From NCBI GenBank assembly GCA_020048755.1, contig JAIFMD010000029.1:1-62979 (forward strand): 62,979 bases of DNA. Direction: 5' to 3'. The stretch's first letter is position 1. Each line of letters opens with the position of its first letter. The position numbers were made by a program, and so were the translations under genes. The DNA comes from Spirochaetota bacterium. Its GTDB lineage: Bacteria > Spirochaetota > Spirochaetia > Treponematales > UBA12059. This document shows, in pieces, positions 34,450 to 42,722 of the stretch. The notes below the pieces were generated by a model. That model had not been told where the DNA came from. It worked only from the letters and a program-made list of their open reading frames with translations, and made no database searches.

Positions 34450-36249
34450 ATGGTCAGCATACTGTTCGTTCCCTCCGTCCGCCGCGGCAATGGTTCCGGG
34501 CACCTCGTACGCTGTTTCGGGCTTGCCTCTGCATTGGGCACCAAGGCCGCGGTCTTCCTCTCCAATGATCCCGGTCCTGTTTCGTGGAGTTCTGATGAAC
34601 TCAGGCTTGCCTACCCACGGGAAATGAGTTCTGTGCGCATTATTGGCGAACTACGGTCAGAGGCCAGGTTCACGCTTGTCGTGCTCGACAACCGGGAAAC
34701 CCCGGCAGCCGAACTGGAGCACTGGGCCCGGTGGGGCACCGTCGTCGCCATTGACGAAGGGGGTGAGGCAAGGAGCTCCGCAGCATACCTTGTAGACATA
34801 CTGCCCCGGCCCTGGCGGCAGGCCCGGTTGGGATTACCGCCCAACCTCTCGTCTCTCGGGTATCTCGCCTTGCCTACGGCACGCAGGTTGCCTCCCGCTT
34901 CAATCAAGCGGGTCCTCGTCAGTTTTGGAGGAGAGGATCCCGCTGGACTGGCGGATGCCTTCCTCAAGGCAGCGGTAGGAAACGGTTTTGTTTCAGCCGA
35001 ACAGATAACCGTCGTTACAGGCGCGCTTTCCAGATCAGCGATCCGGTTTCCTGGCGTCACGGCCATAGGTCCGGTACAGGACCTCAAGGAGAAACTTCGC
35101 TCGTACGACCTGGTCGTTACCCAGTTTGGCCTCACTGCCTTCGAGGCAGCCTGGGCCGGTTGTGCCGTGCTCCTCCTCAATCCTTCTGCCATACATGAAG
35201 AACTCACCCGTGCCGCCGGTTTTATGAGTCTTGGAATAAGAAAACCTGAGCTCAAGGTAATCCGCAAGGTTTTTCAGGATCCTGCGGAACTTATACAGGC
35301 TTCCCTCGGGGCTGCGCCAGAACAGCGGCTGGATCTGGCTGCCCGGCTTGAGTTGCTCTCTCCGAAGCATGCGGGTGACTGTCCCGTGTGTGGTCTCCGC
35401 AACGGCCAGGCCATTTTTAGGTCGGAACGCAAGACCTACCACGTGTGCCCGGCCTGCGGCCTCGTCCGCATGGCCTATTTCGAGGCACGAGAGTATCCGT
35501 ACGCCGAACGCTCGTACTTTTTCGAAGAATACAAGGCGCAGTACGGCAGGACCTACATAGAAGATATTCCTTCGATCAGGGCGGCCGGAGCAAAACGTCT
35601 GGGTGTCATAGAGTCACTGCTCTCCAGGTCCTCACCACCTGGACACATGGGACAAAGCCTTCTGGATGTAGGCTGTGCGTATGGAGCCTTTGTCGCGGAA
35701 GCCCAGAGCCGCGGCTGGAACGCCGTTGGCTCCGATGTGGCTCCCGATGCCGTAGAGTATGTAAAAGCTACTTATGGCGTGCCGGCTTTCATAGCCGACT
35801 TCGCGGCACCCGGAGCGGATGGACTCTATCCCCGCAACCTGTCCTGCCTGTCCATGTGGTATGTCATAGAACACTTCGATGAACTGGCCCGTGTCCTCCG
35901 GCGTGTTGCTTCATTGATGCAGCCTGGTGGTGTTTTTGCGTTCTCCACGCCTTCGGGATCCGGAATATCGGCCCGCAGGAATCCGGCTGATTTTTACGAA
36001 CGATCACCGGATGATCACTTCACCATCTGGAGTCCGGCAACTGCTCCCGGGATTCTCAAACGGTTCGGTTTCGATGTACAACAGATAGTCGTGACGGGTC
36101 ACCATCCTGAGCGTTTTGCCGGCGTACCAGCAGATGCGAGGTCGCTGCGGTACAAGGTGGTCATGGCAATTTCCAGGCTCCTGGGGCTCGGCGACACCTT
36201 CGAGTGCTACGCCGTCTACCGCGGCCTGGCTGATGGCGGCGCTGCATGA
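34450..36249 (+). CDS. Fusion of a SpsG/PseG-like domain, a Zn-ribbon and a class I SAM methyltransferase
   Basis: N-terminus 'VRRGNGSGHLVRCFGLASAL...VLVSFGGEDPAGL' is PseG/SpsG-like. Zn-ribbon 'CPVCG...CPACG'. Methyltransferase motif I 'LLDVGCAYGAF'. TTG 34441 is an alternative start. Confidence 0.7.
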   Translation: MVSILFVPSVRRGNGSGHLVRCFGLASALGTKAAVFLSNDPGPVSWSSDELRLAYPREMSSVRIIGELRSEARFTLVVLDNRETPAAELEHWARWGTVVAIDEGGEARSSAAYLVDILPRPWRQARLGLPPNLSSLGYLALPTARRLPPASIKRVLVSFGGEDPAGLADAFLKAAVGNGFVSAEQITVVTGALSRSAIRFPGVTAIGPVQDLKEKLRSYDLVVTQFGLTAFEAAWAGCAVLLLNPSAIHEELTRAAGFMSLGIRKPELKVIRKVFQDPAELIQASLGAAPEQRLDLAARLELLSPKHAGDCPVCGLRNGQAIFRSERKTYHVCPACGLVRMAYFEAREYPYAERSYFFEEYKAQYGRTYIEDIPSIRAAGAKRLGVIESLLSRSSPPGHMGQSLLDVGCAYGAFVAEAQSRGWNAVGSDVAPDAVEYVKATYGVPAFIADFAAPGADGLYPRNLSCLSMWYVIEHFDELARVLRRVASLMQPGGVFAFSTPSGSGISARRNPADFYERSPDDHFTIWSPATAPGILKRFGFDVQQIVVTGHHPERFAGVPADARSLRYKVVMAISRLLGLGDTFECYAVYRGLADGGAA

Positions 36250-36265
36250 GGCCCGCGGAGCACAC

Positions 36266-37849
36266 ATGAAAGCACTACTGATACTGGGCGCCGGCGTCAT
36301 GCAGGGGCCAGCCATACGGATAGCCAAGGCCAAGGGGTACCGCGTGTACGCCGCCGACGGCAATCCAGCAGCCCCCGAAGCCCGGTCCGCCGACCATTTC
36401 CTTCATATTGACCTCAAGGACAAGGACGCGCTGGCCCAGGCCGCAGCGGCGATAGACGGCCTGGCGGGGGTTATGACCGCCGGCACCGATTTTTCTGCCT
36501 CTGTTGCCTGGGTAGCCGGGCAGCTCGGGTTGCCCGGCCTGCCGTACGAGGTCGCCCTCGACGCGTCTGACAAGGCCAGGATGCGGTCCAGGCTTGCCGC
36601 GGGTGGAGTTCCCGTGCCGGCCTACGCCTATGGCACAGCCGGGGACGACCCCACGGTGCTTGCAGGCCAGGTTGCTCCGTTGCCCCTGGTCGTAAAGCCG
36701 GTGGACAACATGGGTTCGCGCGGTTGTCGCCTTGCGCGTACCCTGCCAGAGTTGCGCGAGGCCTGGGCCGATGCTGTCAGACATTCCCGGTCAGGCACTG
36801 CCATCATCGAAGCCTACCTGCAAGGGCCGGAATTCAGTCTTGACGCCATCGTGCACGAGGGGCGCGTCGTATTGCGCGGGATAGCGGACCGCGTTGTCGT
36901 TTTTGAACCATTTTTCGTCGAGATGGGGCATACCATACCCAGTTCTTATGGTAAGGACATCCTTGACGAGGTCGTGGCGGTGTTCGAGGCAGGCATCAAG
37001 GCCCTCGGCATCAGGAACGGGGCGGCCAAGGGTGATATAAAATATACCCGGGGCGGTGCCTTCGTCGGAGAAATAGCCGCAAGGCTCTCTGGCGGATACA
37101 TGTCCGGCTGGACCTACCCGTATTCCAGCGGGGTAGAGGCGACCGCGGAGGCCATAGATCTGGCCTGCGGCGTCATACCCGATTTTCCGGGGCACGCCCA
37201 TGACCTTGTGTGTTCAGAGCGGGCCTGGATTTCCATACCGGGCAAGGTTGCCACTATTTTCGGCCTCGAAGAAGCAACCCACATGGGCAGCGTCCGCGAT
37301 ATTTTTTCACGTGCGGCTCCGGGTGACCGTGTTGTCTTTCCATGCAACAACGTTGAAAAATGCGGCAACATTCTCGCTGTCGCGCCTACCTCCATCGAGG
37401 CGGATGCCGCGGCAGAAAAAGCGGCCAGGTCAGTATTGCTCAGGCTCGAGCCAGAAAATTCTGAAACAGCAGCTTTTTTGCGTGGCGACGGGCACATGAC
37501 GGGCCCTGACGGTTCAATCTGGCCACCCGAGGCGTATGATGGCCTGTCCGCCATGACCCTCGCGTCACTGGACAAGATGCCCGACATGATCCGCCTGTCG
37601 CCGACCGTTGGTTCGTGTTCCATAGCACCGCTGCACGGTGCGGAGCTGGAAACAGGTGTAGACTGGCAGGGAAGATCGATCGCCGAGTCCCTGGAGGCCG
37701 TTTCCCTGTTGACCGGGGCTTCGGTAGGCCTGCACGGGGACCTGGTCTTCGGTGCTTCCTTCTGGCGTGCCTTGTTCAAAGGCGGCTATCAAGCCGGATC
37801 CTGGCTGATAGACTCTGCCCGTACTCGTCTGGTAGCCCCGCTTCGATGA
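36266..37849 (+). CDS. ATP-grasp domain protein with a ~200-aa C-terminal extension
   Basis: 'KALLILGAGVMQGPAIRIAKAKGYRVYAAD', 'LPLVVKPVDNMGSRGCRL' and 'AIIEAYLQGPEFSLD' fit the ATP-grasp layout. Confidence 0.7.
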   Translation: MKALLILGAGVMQGPAIRIAKAKGYRVYAADGNPAAPEARSADHFLHIDLKDKDALAQAAAAIDGLAGVMTAGTDFSASVAWVAGQLGLPGLPYEVALDASDKARMRSRLAAGGVPVPAYAYGTAGDDPTVLAGQVAPLPLVVKPVDNMGSRGCRLARTLPELREAWADAVRHSRSGTAIIEAYLQGPEFSLDAIVHEGRVVLRGIADRVVVFEPFFVEMGHTIPSSYGKDILDEVVAVFEAGIKALGIRNGAAKGDIKYTRGGAFVGEIAARLSGGYMSGWTYPYSSGVEATAEAIDLACGVIPDFPGHAHDLVCSERAWISIPGKVATIFGLEEATHMGSVRDIFSRAAPGDRVVFPCNNVEKCGNILAVAPTSIEADAAAEKAARSVLLRLEPENSETAAFLRGDGHMTGPDGSIWPPEAYDGLSAMTLASLDKMPDMIRLSPTVGSCSIAPLHGAELETGVDWQGRSIAESLEAVSLLTGASVGLHGDLVFGASFWRALFKGGYQAGSWLIDSARTRLVAPLR

Positions 37850-38898
37850 CCAGACGCCTCCGCCTGTCCGCCATTCTGCTTCTCGCAAGCTTCAGCGTCG
37901 TTTTCCCGCAGGGAACACCGGCTGGCTGGACCGATGTGATGGCCGTGGCGTCAGTATGGAAGGCAACGGTTGCGTACGACGCCCTGACCGGTACGGGACA
38001 TTTCCTGCGCGGAGCTGACCTCGTTCGCTTCAAGCGCGACTATCCGGTGTATTCTGTCGGCTCGGGTCTGTCCTTGCGGGCACCCGCGGTACGTGACACC
38101 GGTGCGCGGCTCGAGATGTCGTCAGAGGCGGTCGCCGCCATCACCCGCTGGTTTACTGAACGGGATGCCGAACGTGCTTCTAGGTTCAGCATTGCTGCCA
38201 TTCTCATAGACCCTGGCCATGGAGGCAAGGATTCGGGAGCCATAGGTGAGTTCGGCACCGGAAAGGACCGCCTGAGGATACTGGAGAAGGATGTCGTGCT
38301 CGCTGTCGGGGCGGATGTCTATGCCAGGCTCCAGGCGCGATGGCCAGATAAAAGAATACTGATGACCAGGACCGGAGACACCTTCCCGACGCTCGATGCC
38401 AGGGTAGACAAGGCCAACGAAGTCCCACTCGAAGCCAATGAGGCAATCATCTACGTTTCCATCCACGCAAACGCTTCCTTCAACAAGGCCGCATCGGGGT
38501 TTGAGGTCTGGTACCTGAATCCGGAGTATCGGCGCACGGTGGTGGATTCAAAAAAAGCCGAAGGTGTCGACAAGAACGTGCTGCCCATCCTCAATGCCAT
38601 GCTCGAGGAAGAATACACGACCGAGAGTGTGTTTCTGGCCAGGAGCATCCTGGGCAGCATGAAAAAAAACATCGGAGCTGTTTCAATCGACCGCGGTATC
38701 AGGGAAGAAGAGTGGTTCGTAGTACGGAATGCCAAGATGCCCAGTGTGCTCGTCGAAGTTGGTTTCGTAACAAACGAGGCTGAAGCCAGATTGCTTTCCG
38801 ACCGGGAACACTTGCGCAAGCTCGGTGACGGCATCTATAATGGCGTAGTCGATTTTGTAGACTATTTTGAACACAGGAAGGGTCCCACCGCACCGTGA
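37846..38898 (+). CDS. N-acetylmuramoyl-L-alanine amidase (Amidase_3, AmiC-like)
   Basis: 'ILIDPGHGGKDSGAIG', 'YVSIHANA', 'GFEVWYL' and 'VLVEVGFVTNEAEA'. Signal 'LSAILLLASFSVVFPQG'. ATGA overlap with the upstream gene. Confidence 0.85.
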   Translation: MTRRLRLSAILLLASFSVVFPQGTPAGWTDVMAVASVWKATVAYDALTGTGHFLRGADLVRFKRDYPVYSVGSGLSLRAPAVRDTGARLEMSSEAVAAITRWFTERDAERASRFSIAAILIDPGHGGKDSGAIGEFGTGKDRLRILEKDVVLAVGADVYARLQARWPDKRILMTRTGDTFPTLDARVDKANEVPLEANEAIIYVSIHANASFNKAASGFEVWYLNPEYRRTVVDSKKAEGVDKNVLPILNAMLEEEYTTESVFLARSILGSMKKNIGAVSIDRGIREEEWFVVRNAKMPSVLVEVGFVTNEAEARLLSDREHLRKLGDGIYNGVVDFVDYFEHRKGPTAP

Positions 38899-39449
38899 AG
38901 CGTAGCCTCAAGCAGACAGTTGCAGCATTTGCAGGCTTCATCAATAACAACCTCAAGCCGGAAACCATCTGGCCAGGCTTGTTACTGATTGTTTTTATGG
39001 CAAGTGCACTTGCTTCCCTGGCTTTGCCAGACCGTCGCGCCATCGTGCTCTGGTTTCCAGATTCACGTATGATTTCACCTTCCAGTGCAAAGTCCGAACT
39101 CAGGTATGTCGGTTCGAACCGGGATGTTGCGGTCCTGGCTGCTTCTGTTGTTGAAGAGTTGCTGCTTGGCCCGCTCTCTCCGGGTTTGCGGTCCCTGACC
39201 GTTTCCGATGCCAGGCTCCAGTCTTCCATACGCTCCGGGAAAACACTATACGTTGATGTATCAAATGATATACTCTTTGGCAGGTTGTCGGCTTCTGGCG
39301 TATATGATGCGCCTGCAGTGCAACCTGAGGTCGTGCTTGCTTATATAGAGCGTTGCCTGCAATGGAATTTCCCTTTTTTCAGGATTGTACTCACCGTAGA
39401 CGGCCAGGAACCAGTCTGGACGCAATCAGAGGTAGCCGAAGGGATATAA
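38895..39449 (+). CDS. GerMN-like domain protein, commonly paired with amidases
   Basis: N-terminal TM segment 'IWPGLLLIVFMASALASLAL'. 'LLLGPLSPGLRSLTVSDARLQSSIRSGKTLYVDVSNDILFG' resembles a GerMN domain. 4-nt overlap with the amidase gene. Confidence 0.45.
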   Translation: MKRSLKQTVAAFAGFINNNLKPETIWPGLLLIVFMASALASLALPDRRAIVLWFPDSRMISPSSAKSELRYVGSNRDVAVLAASVVEELLLGPLSPGLRSLTVSDARLQSSIRSGKTLYVDVSNDILFGRLSASGVYDAPAVQPEVVLAYIERCLQWNFPFFRIVLTVDGQEPVWTQSEVAEGI

Positions 39450-39463
39450 ATCAAATAAAATAA

Positions 39464-39491
39464 TTGACAAAGGCATAGGCTTGGCTATAAT
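39464..39491 (+). promoter_or_regulatory. Consensus sigma70 promoter upstream of flaA
   Basis: 'TTGACA' (39464-39469), a 16-nt spacer, then 'TATAAT' (39486-39491). Both hexamers match the consensus perfectly. Confidence 0.6.
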
Positions 39492-39522
39492 CAAGTCAAA
39501 TTGGGTAAACTGTACGCGCACT

Positions 39523-40563
39523 ATGGAAAGGAGCGCGGTAGTTTTCGCGGATGAAGCCGTCCTGATAGATTTTTCCCTCCTCGGAGCGGATATCATCGAG
39601 GACCCCATCCAGAAGGGTATGATGACGCAGAACAAGGCAACCATGATGGATTTCTCCACGGTTGTCGGGGCGAGCTATACCGAAGAGCAGAAAAAGCAGA
39701 TGGCAATTTCACTCGCCATCGAAAACTGGGACGTAGTCCTTGCTTCGTCTTCACGGACCGGTGAGCGCCAGGCGTATTCCTACACCCGCGAAGCCAGCAT
39801 CGCCCAGGATGCCAAGCAGTACCCGGGAGCCAAGGCTCTTGGCGTCCGCGTGAACTTCCCCCTCGAGTCTTTCAACTCCTGGGCCAGGGTCCAGCCTCCT
39901 TTTGATGTCCCCGCTTTTGAGCCCAAGGCTGACATTGATGATACCGGCAAGATCACCCCAAAAACCGATCAGCAGGGTTCGGATCCGGTCAATGCCCGCT
40001 TGTCCCGTTTCGAGGGCACCTACAACGCCGAGACCAAGATCACGACAGCTTTGGGTGTAGTCAAGAACGTTGGCGTCATCAAGTCCATCGCGATCAATGT
40101 CAAGGGTCTTAACTTTCCCCATGGCCTGTCGCTCATAATCAAGGACAACAATGCTGAAGAGCATGTGATGTTCATGGGTTACCTGAACTTCGATGGCTGG
40201 AGAGAGCTTCGCTGGGACAACCCTGAGTACATCTCCGATGTGCGCAACCGCGAACTCAGGATTGATCCGCTCTATCCGCGCTCGACTCCCTTTGTCAAGT
40301 TCGGTGGATTCATCATCAACCGTGATGCTGCTGCTATCGGTGGTGATTTCGTTGCCTATGTCAAGGATGTCAAGATCCTCTATGACAAGGCCGTTCTTGA
40401 ACCCGTTCGCGACATCGACGACGAAGCCATCTGGGGCATCGTTGGCCAGAAAGAAGACGATCGCAAGCGTCTTGAGAGCCAGCGCTTTGGAGCCTCGCAG
40501 GTCATGCGCTACATAGAGCGCATGAAGCAGGAAACAAAGACTGATTTCTCTGCCGACAAATAA
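39523..40563 (+). CDS. flaA: Flagellar filament outer-layer (sheath) protein FlaA, apparently without a signal peptide
   Basis: 'EAVLIDF', 'SLAIENWDVVLASSS', 'GVVKNVGVIKSIAINV', 'FMGYLNFDGWRELRWDNPEYISDVRNRELRIDPLYPRSTP' and 'DVKILYDKAVL' match my recollection of treponemal FlaA. Only 'MERSAVVF' precedes the mature-like 'ADEAVLIDF'. Confidence 0.75.
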   Translation: MERSAVVFADEAVLIDFSLLGADIIEDPIQKGMMTQNKATMMDFSTVVGASYTEEQKKQMAISLAIENWDVVLASSSRTGERQAYSYTREASIAQDAKQYPGAKALGVRVNFPLESFNSWARVQPPFDVPAFEPKADIDDTGKITPKTDQQGSDPVNARLSRFEGTYNAETKITTALGVVKNVGVIKSIAINVKGLNFPHGLSLIIKDNNAEEHVMFMGYLNFDGWRELRWDNPEYISDVRNRELRIDPLYPRSTPFVKFGGFIINRDAAAIGGDFVAYVKDVKILYDKAVLEPVRDIDDEAIWGIVGQKEDDRKRLESQRFGASQVMRYIERMKQETKTDFSADK

Positions 40564-40587
40564 TACATAGCGCGTGATTGATATATG

Positions 40588-40618
40588 AAGCCGCCCGGCG
40601 ACGGGCGGCTTTTATTTC
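40588..40618 (+). terminator. Rho-independent terminator of flaA
   Basis: 'aagccgcccg', loop 'gcga', 'cgggcggctt', then 'ttatttcc'. Confidence 0.75.
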
Positions 40619-40662
40619 CGTAATAGCTTGCCCGTCATGCCTTTACATCGTATTCTTTGCCC

Positions 40663-41907
40663 ATGGATATAACTGAACCCATACCGAGCAGGGCTACGCT
40701 TGAAAAAGCATACAAGTCCAACCAGAAAGTCCTTGAGGGTATCCTTGGAGAGATGGTTTCAAGAATTCAGGGTGCTCTTGATAGTGCGGGCCTGTTCCCT
40801 GCTTACAAGCACCGGATCAAGTCGTTCCAGAGTTATTTTTCCAAGAAAATAAAATTCATACGGGAATCATCGACAAATGGAACAACGTGCCTTCCCATAA
40901 CAGACCTCATAGCCCTGAGGATAATCTGTCCTTTCATTGGTGACCTCGACAGAGTTGAGAAGGCCCTCTCATCACATTTCATTGTACGTGAAGTAGAGCG
41001 CAAGGGTGCTGAGCGGTCATTCAAGGAATTTGGCTATGAATCAACCCATATGCTGCTGGAGGTTCCACCCGATCTGCTCAATGGCTCTACGTTCCTGGAT
41101 CCTCCGGTATGTGAGGTACAGATACGGACCATACTCCAGGATGCCTGGGCCGAGGTCGAGCATGAACTGGTGTACAAGGCAGAGTTTACTCCCTTTGATG
41201 ATCCGATGAAACGAAAACTGGCAGCCTTGAACGCCAACCTTACACTCTCGGACATGCTCTTCCAGGAAATACGGGATTATCAGCATCAGTTGACCAATGA
41301 ACTTGCCAAGAGGCGGGTAGCCTTTTTCAAGAAAATAGAAGACGCCATAGACAAGGATCTGTATACCAATTTCAAGGAGACCCCACGTTCCGGTGGAGAA
41401 GAGCCGAAACAGCCTTCCTGGCTCGGACCCTGGAAATCCCTCGATGATCTGCTCCTTGAAGCACTCAATGCGCACAACCGTGCGGATTATATCAGGGCTA
41501 TAGATATCTATTCACATCTGCTTGCCATGGATCCAAAGCCAGATATACGGGCCTTGATCTACAAACACCGCGGCATGGCTTTTTTCGCGGAAAGCCGCTA
41601 TGACGAGTCCATGGAAGATTTTTCAGCGACCATGGAGATTGATCCAGCATGCTACAAGGCTGCGTACTATCGGGGAGTAGTGCATAGCGTCAAACAGAAC
41701 TACTCTGCGGCGATAGATGACTTCAACAGCGCACTGGCTATCCATCCTTACCATTTCTATTCAACGTATCGTCGTGCCCAGGCGCACTACCATTTTGAGG
41801 ACTATCCCAAAGCCCTTGCTGATTGTGATGCCGCTCTTGAACTTGAACCTGATAACGATTCGCTAAAAAAACTGAGGGGCATGGTTCTTAAAAAGCTCAA
41901 AATGTAA
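40663..41907 (+). CDS. Small alarmone synthetase (RelA/SpoT synthetase domain) fused to C-terminal TPR repeats
   Basis: 'ITDLIALRIICPF', 'FGYESTHMLLEV' and 'CEVQIRTILQDAWAEVEHELVYK' form the RelA_SpoT nucleotidyltransferase domain. The C-terminal ~150 aa are TPR ('YKHRGMAFFAESRYDESMEDFSATMEIDPACYKAAYYRG...'). Confidence 0.8.
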   Translation: MDITEPIPSRATLEKAYKSNQKVLEGILGEMVSRIQGALDSAGLFPAYKHRIKSFQSYFSKKIKFIRESSTNGTTCLPITDLIALRIICPFIGDLDRVEKALSSHFIVREVERKGAERSFKEFGYESTHMLLEVPPDLLNGSTFLDPPVCEVQIRTILQDAWAEVEHELVYKAEFTPFDDPMKRKLAALNANLTLSDMLFQEIRDYQHQLTNELAKRRVAFFKKIEDAIDKDLYTNFKETPRSGGEEPKQPSWLGPWKSLDDLLLEALNAHNRADYIRAIDIYSHLLAMDPKPDIRALIYKHRGMAFFAESRYDESMEDFSATMEIDPACYKAAYYRGVVHSVKQNYSAAIDDFNSALAIHPYHFYSTYRRAQAHYHFEDYPKALADCDAALELEPDNDSLKKLRGMVLKKLKM

Positions 41908-41920
41908 AATCTGTATGTGA

Positions 41921-41950
41921 TTGACACGCTACCCGGATTTTTGGTATTGT
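41921..41950 (+). promoter_or_regulatory. Candidate promoter for tRNA-Glu
   Basis: 'TTGACA' (41921-41926), an 18-nt spacer, then 'tattgt' (41945-41950), ~20 nt upstream of the tRNA 5' end. Confidence 0.35.
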
Positions 41951-41970
41951 TCGCTCGGTTCGTTACCACT

Positions 41971-42042
41971 GTCCCCTTCGTCTAGTGGTTAGGACACCGG
42001 GTTTTCATCCCGGCAACGGGGGTTCAATTCCCCCAGGGGATG
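41971..42042 (+). tRNA. tRNA-Glu (anticodon UUC)
   Basis: Hand-folded cloverleaf: acceptor GTCCCCT/AGGGGAT, D stem GTCT/GGAC, anticodon stem CCGGG/CCCGG with loop TT-TTC-AT, and T arm GGGGG-TTCAATT-CCCCC. It is very similar to E. coli tRNA-Glu. No CCA is encoded. Confidence 0.9.
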
Positions 42043-42046
42043 TAGG

Positions 42047-42079
42047 CCTTCTGTAACTCAATGTTGCAGAAGGTTTTTT
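42047..42079 (+). terminator. Rho-independent terminator after tRNA-Glu
   Basis: 'ccttctgtaac', loop 'tcaat', 'gttgcagaagg', then 'tttttt'. Confidence 0.7.
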
Positions 42080-42098
42080 ATTAGATCAGGGAGGAAAC

Positions 42099-42566
42099 AT
42101 GCAAAGAAAGATCGTGCTCGTTGCGGTGGTGCTTCTTGTTGCCATAGCTGTACCCATGTCCTTTGCTACTGGAGTCGGTGCCGCTTTCGGACTGCCCATA
42201 GGCGGTGGATTGCCAGGATCAAATGTCATGCTGTCGCTCAAGGTACCGCAGCTTCCTTTTCTGATGGGAATCGGCTTCAGCATCGGAGAGGACAATTCGT
42301 CATTTGGCTTTACCGGTGATTGGTGGGTGGCCAATGCGAATCTTTTTTCGTTCATCAATTACTACCTGGGGCCAGGCTTCTATGTCGGCTATGCGAATTC
42401 GTTGCTCCTTGGCGGTCGTTTCCCAGTCGGAATCAATGCGTTTCCGATCAAGAATCTCGAACTATTCGCGGAAATCGCTCCTACACTGGCAGTAGGGATC
42501 GGTGAAGACATTAATTTCCCGGTATGGGGACTTCAGAGCGCATTCGGTCTTCGATTCTGGTTCTGA
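42099..42566 (+). CDS. Small outer-membrane beta-barrel protein (OmpW/OprF-N-like size class)
   Basis: Signal 'MQRKIVLVAVVLLVAIAVPMSFA', alternating hydrophobic strands, and a C-terminal 'GLRFWF' aromatic terminus typical of OMPs. Confidence 0.55.
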   Translation: MQRKIVLVAVVLLVAIAVPMSFATGVGAAFGLPIGGGLPGSNVMLSLKVPQLPFLMGIGFSIGEDNSSFGFTGDWWVANANLFSFINYYLGPGFYVGYANSLLLGGRFPVGINAFPIKNLELFAEIAPTLAVGIGEDINFPVWGLQSAFGLRFWF

Positions 42567-42582
42567 GTTTAGTTCAGCACCC

Positions 42583-42618
42583 AAAAAGGACTACCTGTTG
42601 ACGGGTAGTCTTTTTTTT
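42583..42618 (+). terminator. Rho-independent terminator after the OMP gene
   Basis: 'aaaaa', then the stem 'gactacc(t)' / '(g)ggtagtc', then 'tttttttt'. Confidence 0.65.
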
Positions 42619-42621
42619 AGA

Positions 42622-42649
42622 TTGACAACTAGACTAAACATAGTAAAAT
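42622..42649 (+). promoter_or_regulatory. Candidate sigma70 promoter of trxA
   Basis: 'TTGACA' (42622-42627), a 16-nt spacer, then 'taaaat' (42644-42649). Confidence 0.4.
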
Positions 42650-42722
42650 CACTATATTAGCTATATCGATACAATACCTGCAAACAGATTGATCGCAGGC
42701 TACATCAACCGTGGAGGTTTTT

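Noticed and set aside
39481-39522. The TTG start at 39481 for flaA, as in the ORF track.
   Set aside because: It lies inside the -10 region of a perfect consensus promoter (39464-39491). The added residues 'MAIIKSNWVNCTRT' are not signal-peptide-like.
41908-42722. tRNA-Glu as an integration site for a genomic island.
   Set aside because: No integrase is present, no direct repeat of the tRNA 3' end is visible downstream, and the neighbouring genes (small OMP, trxA) have normal GC and their own promoters and terminators.
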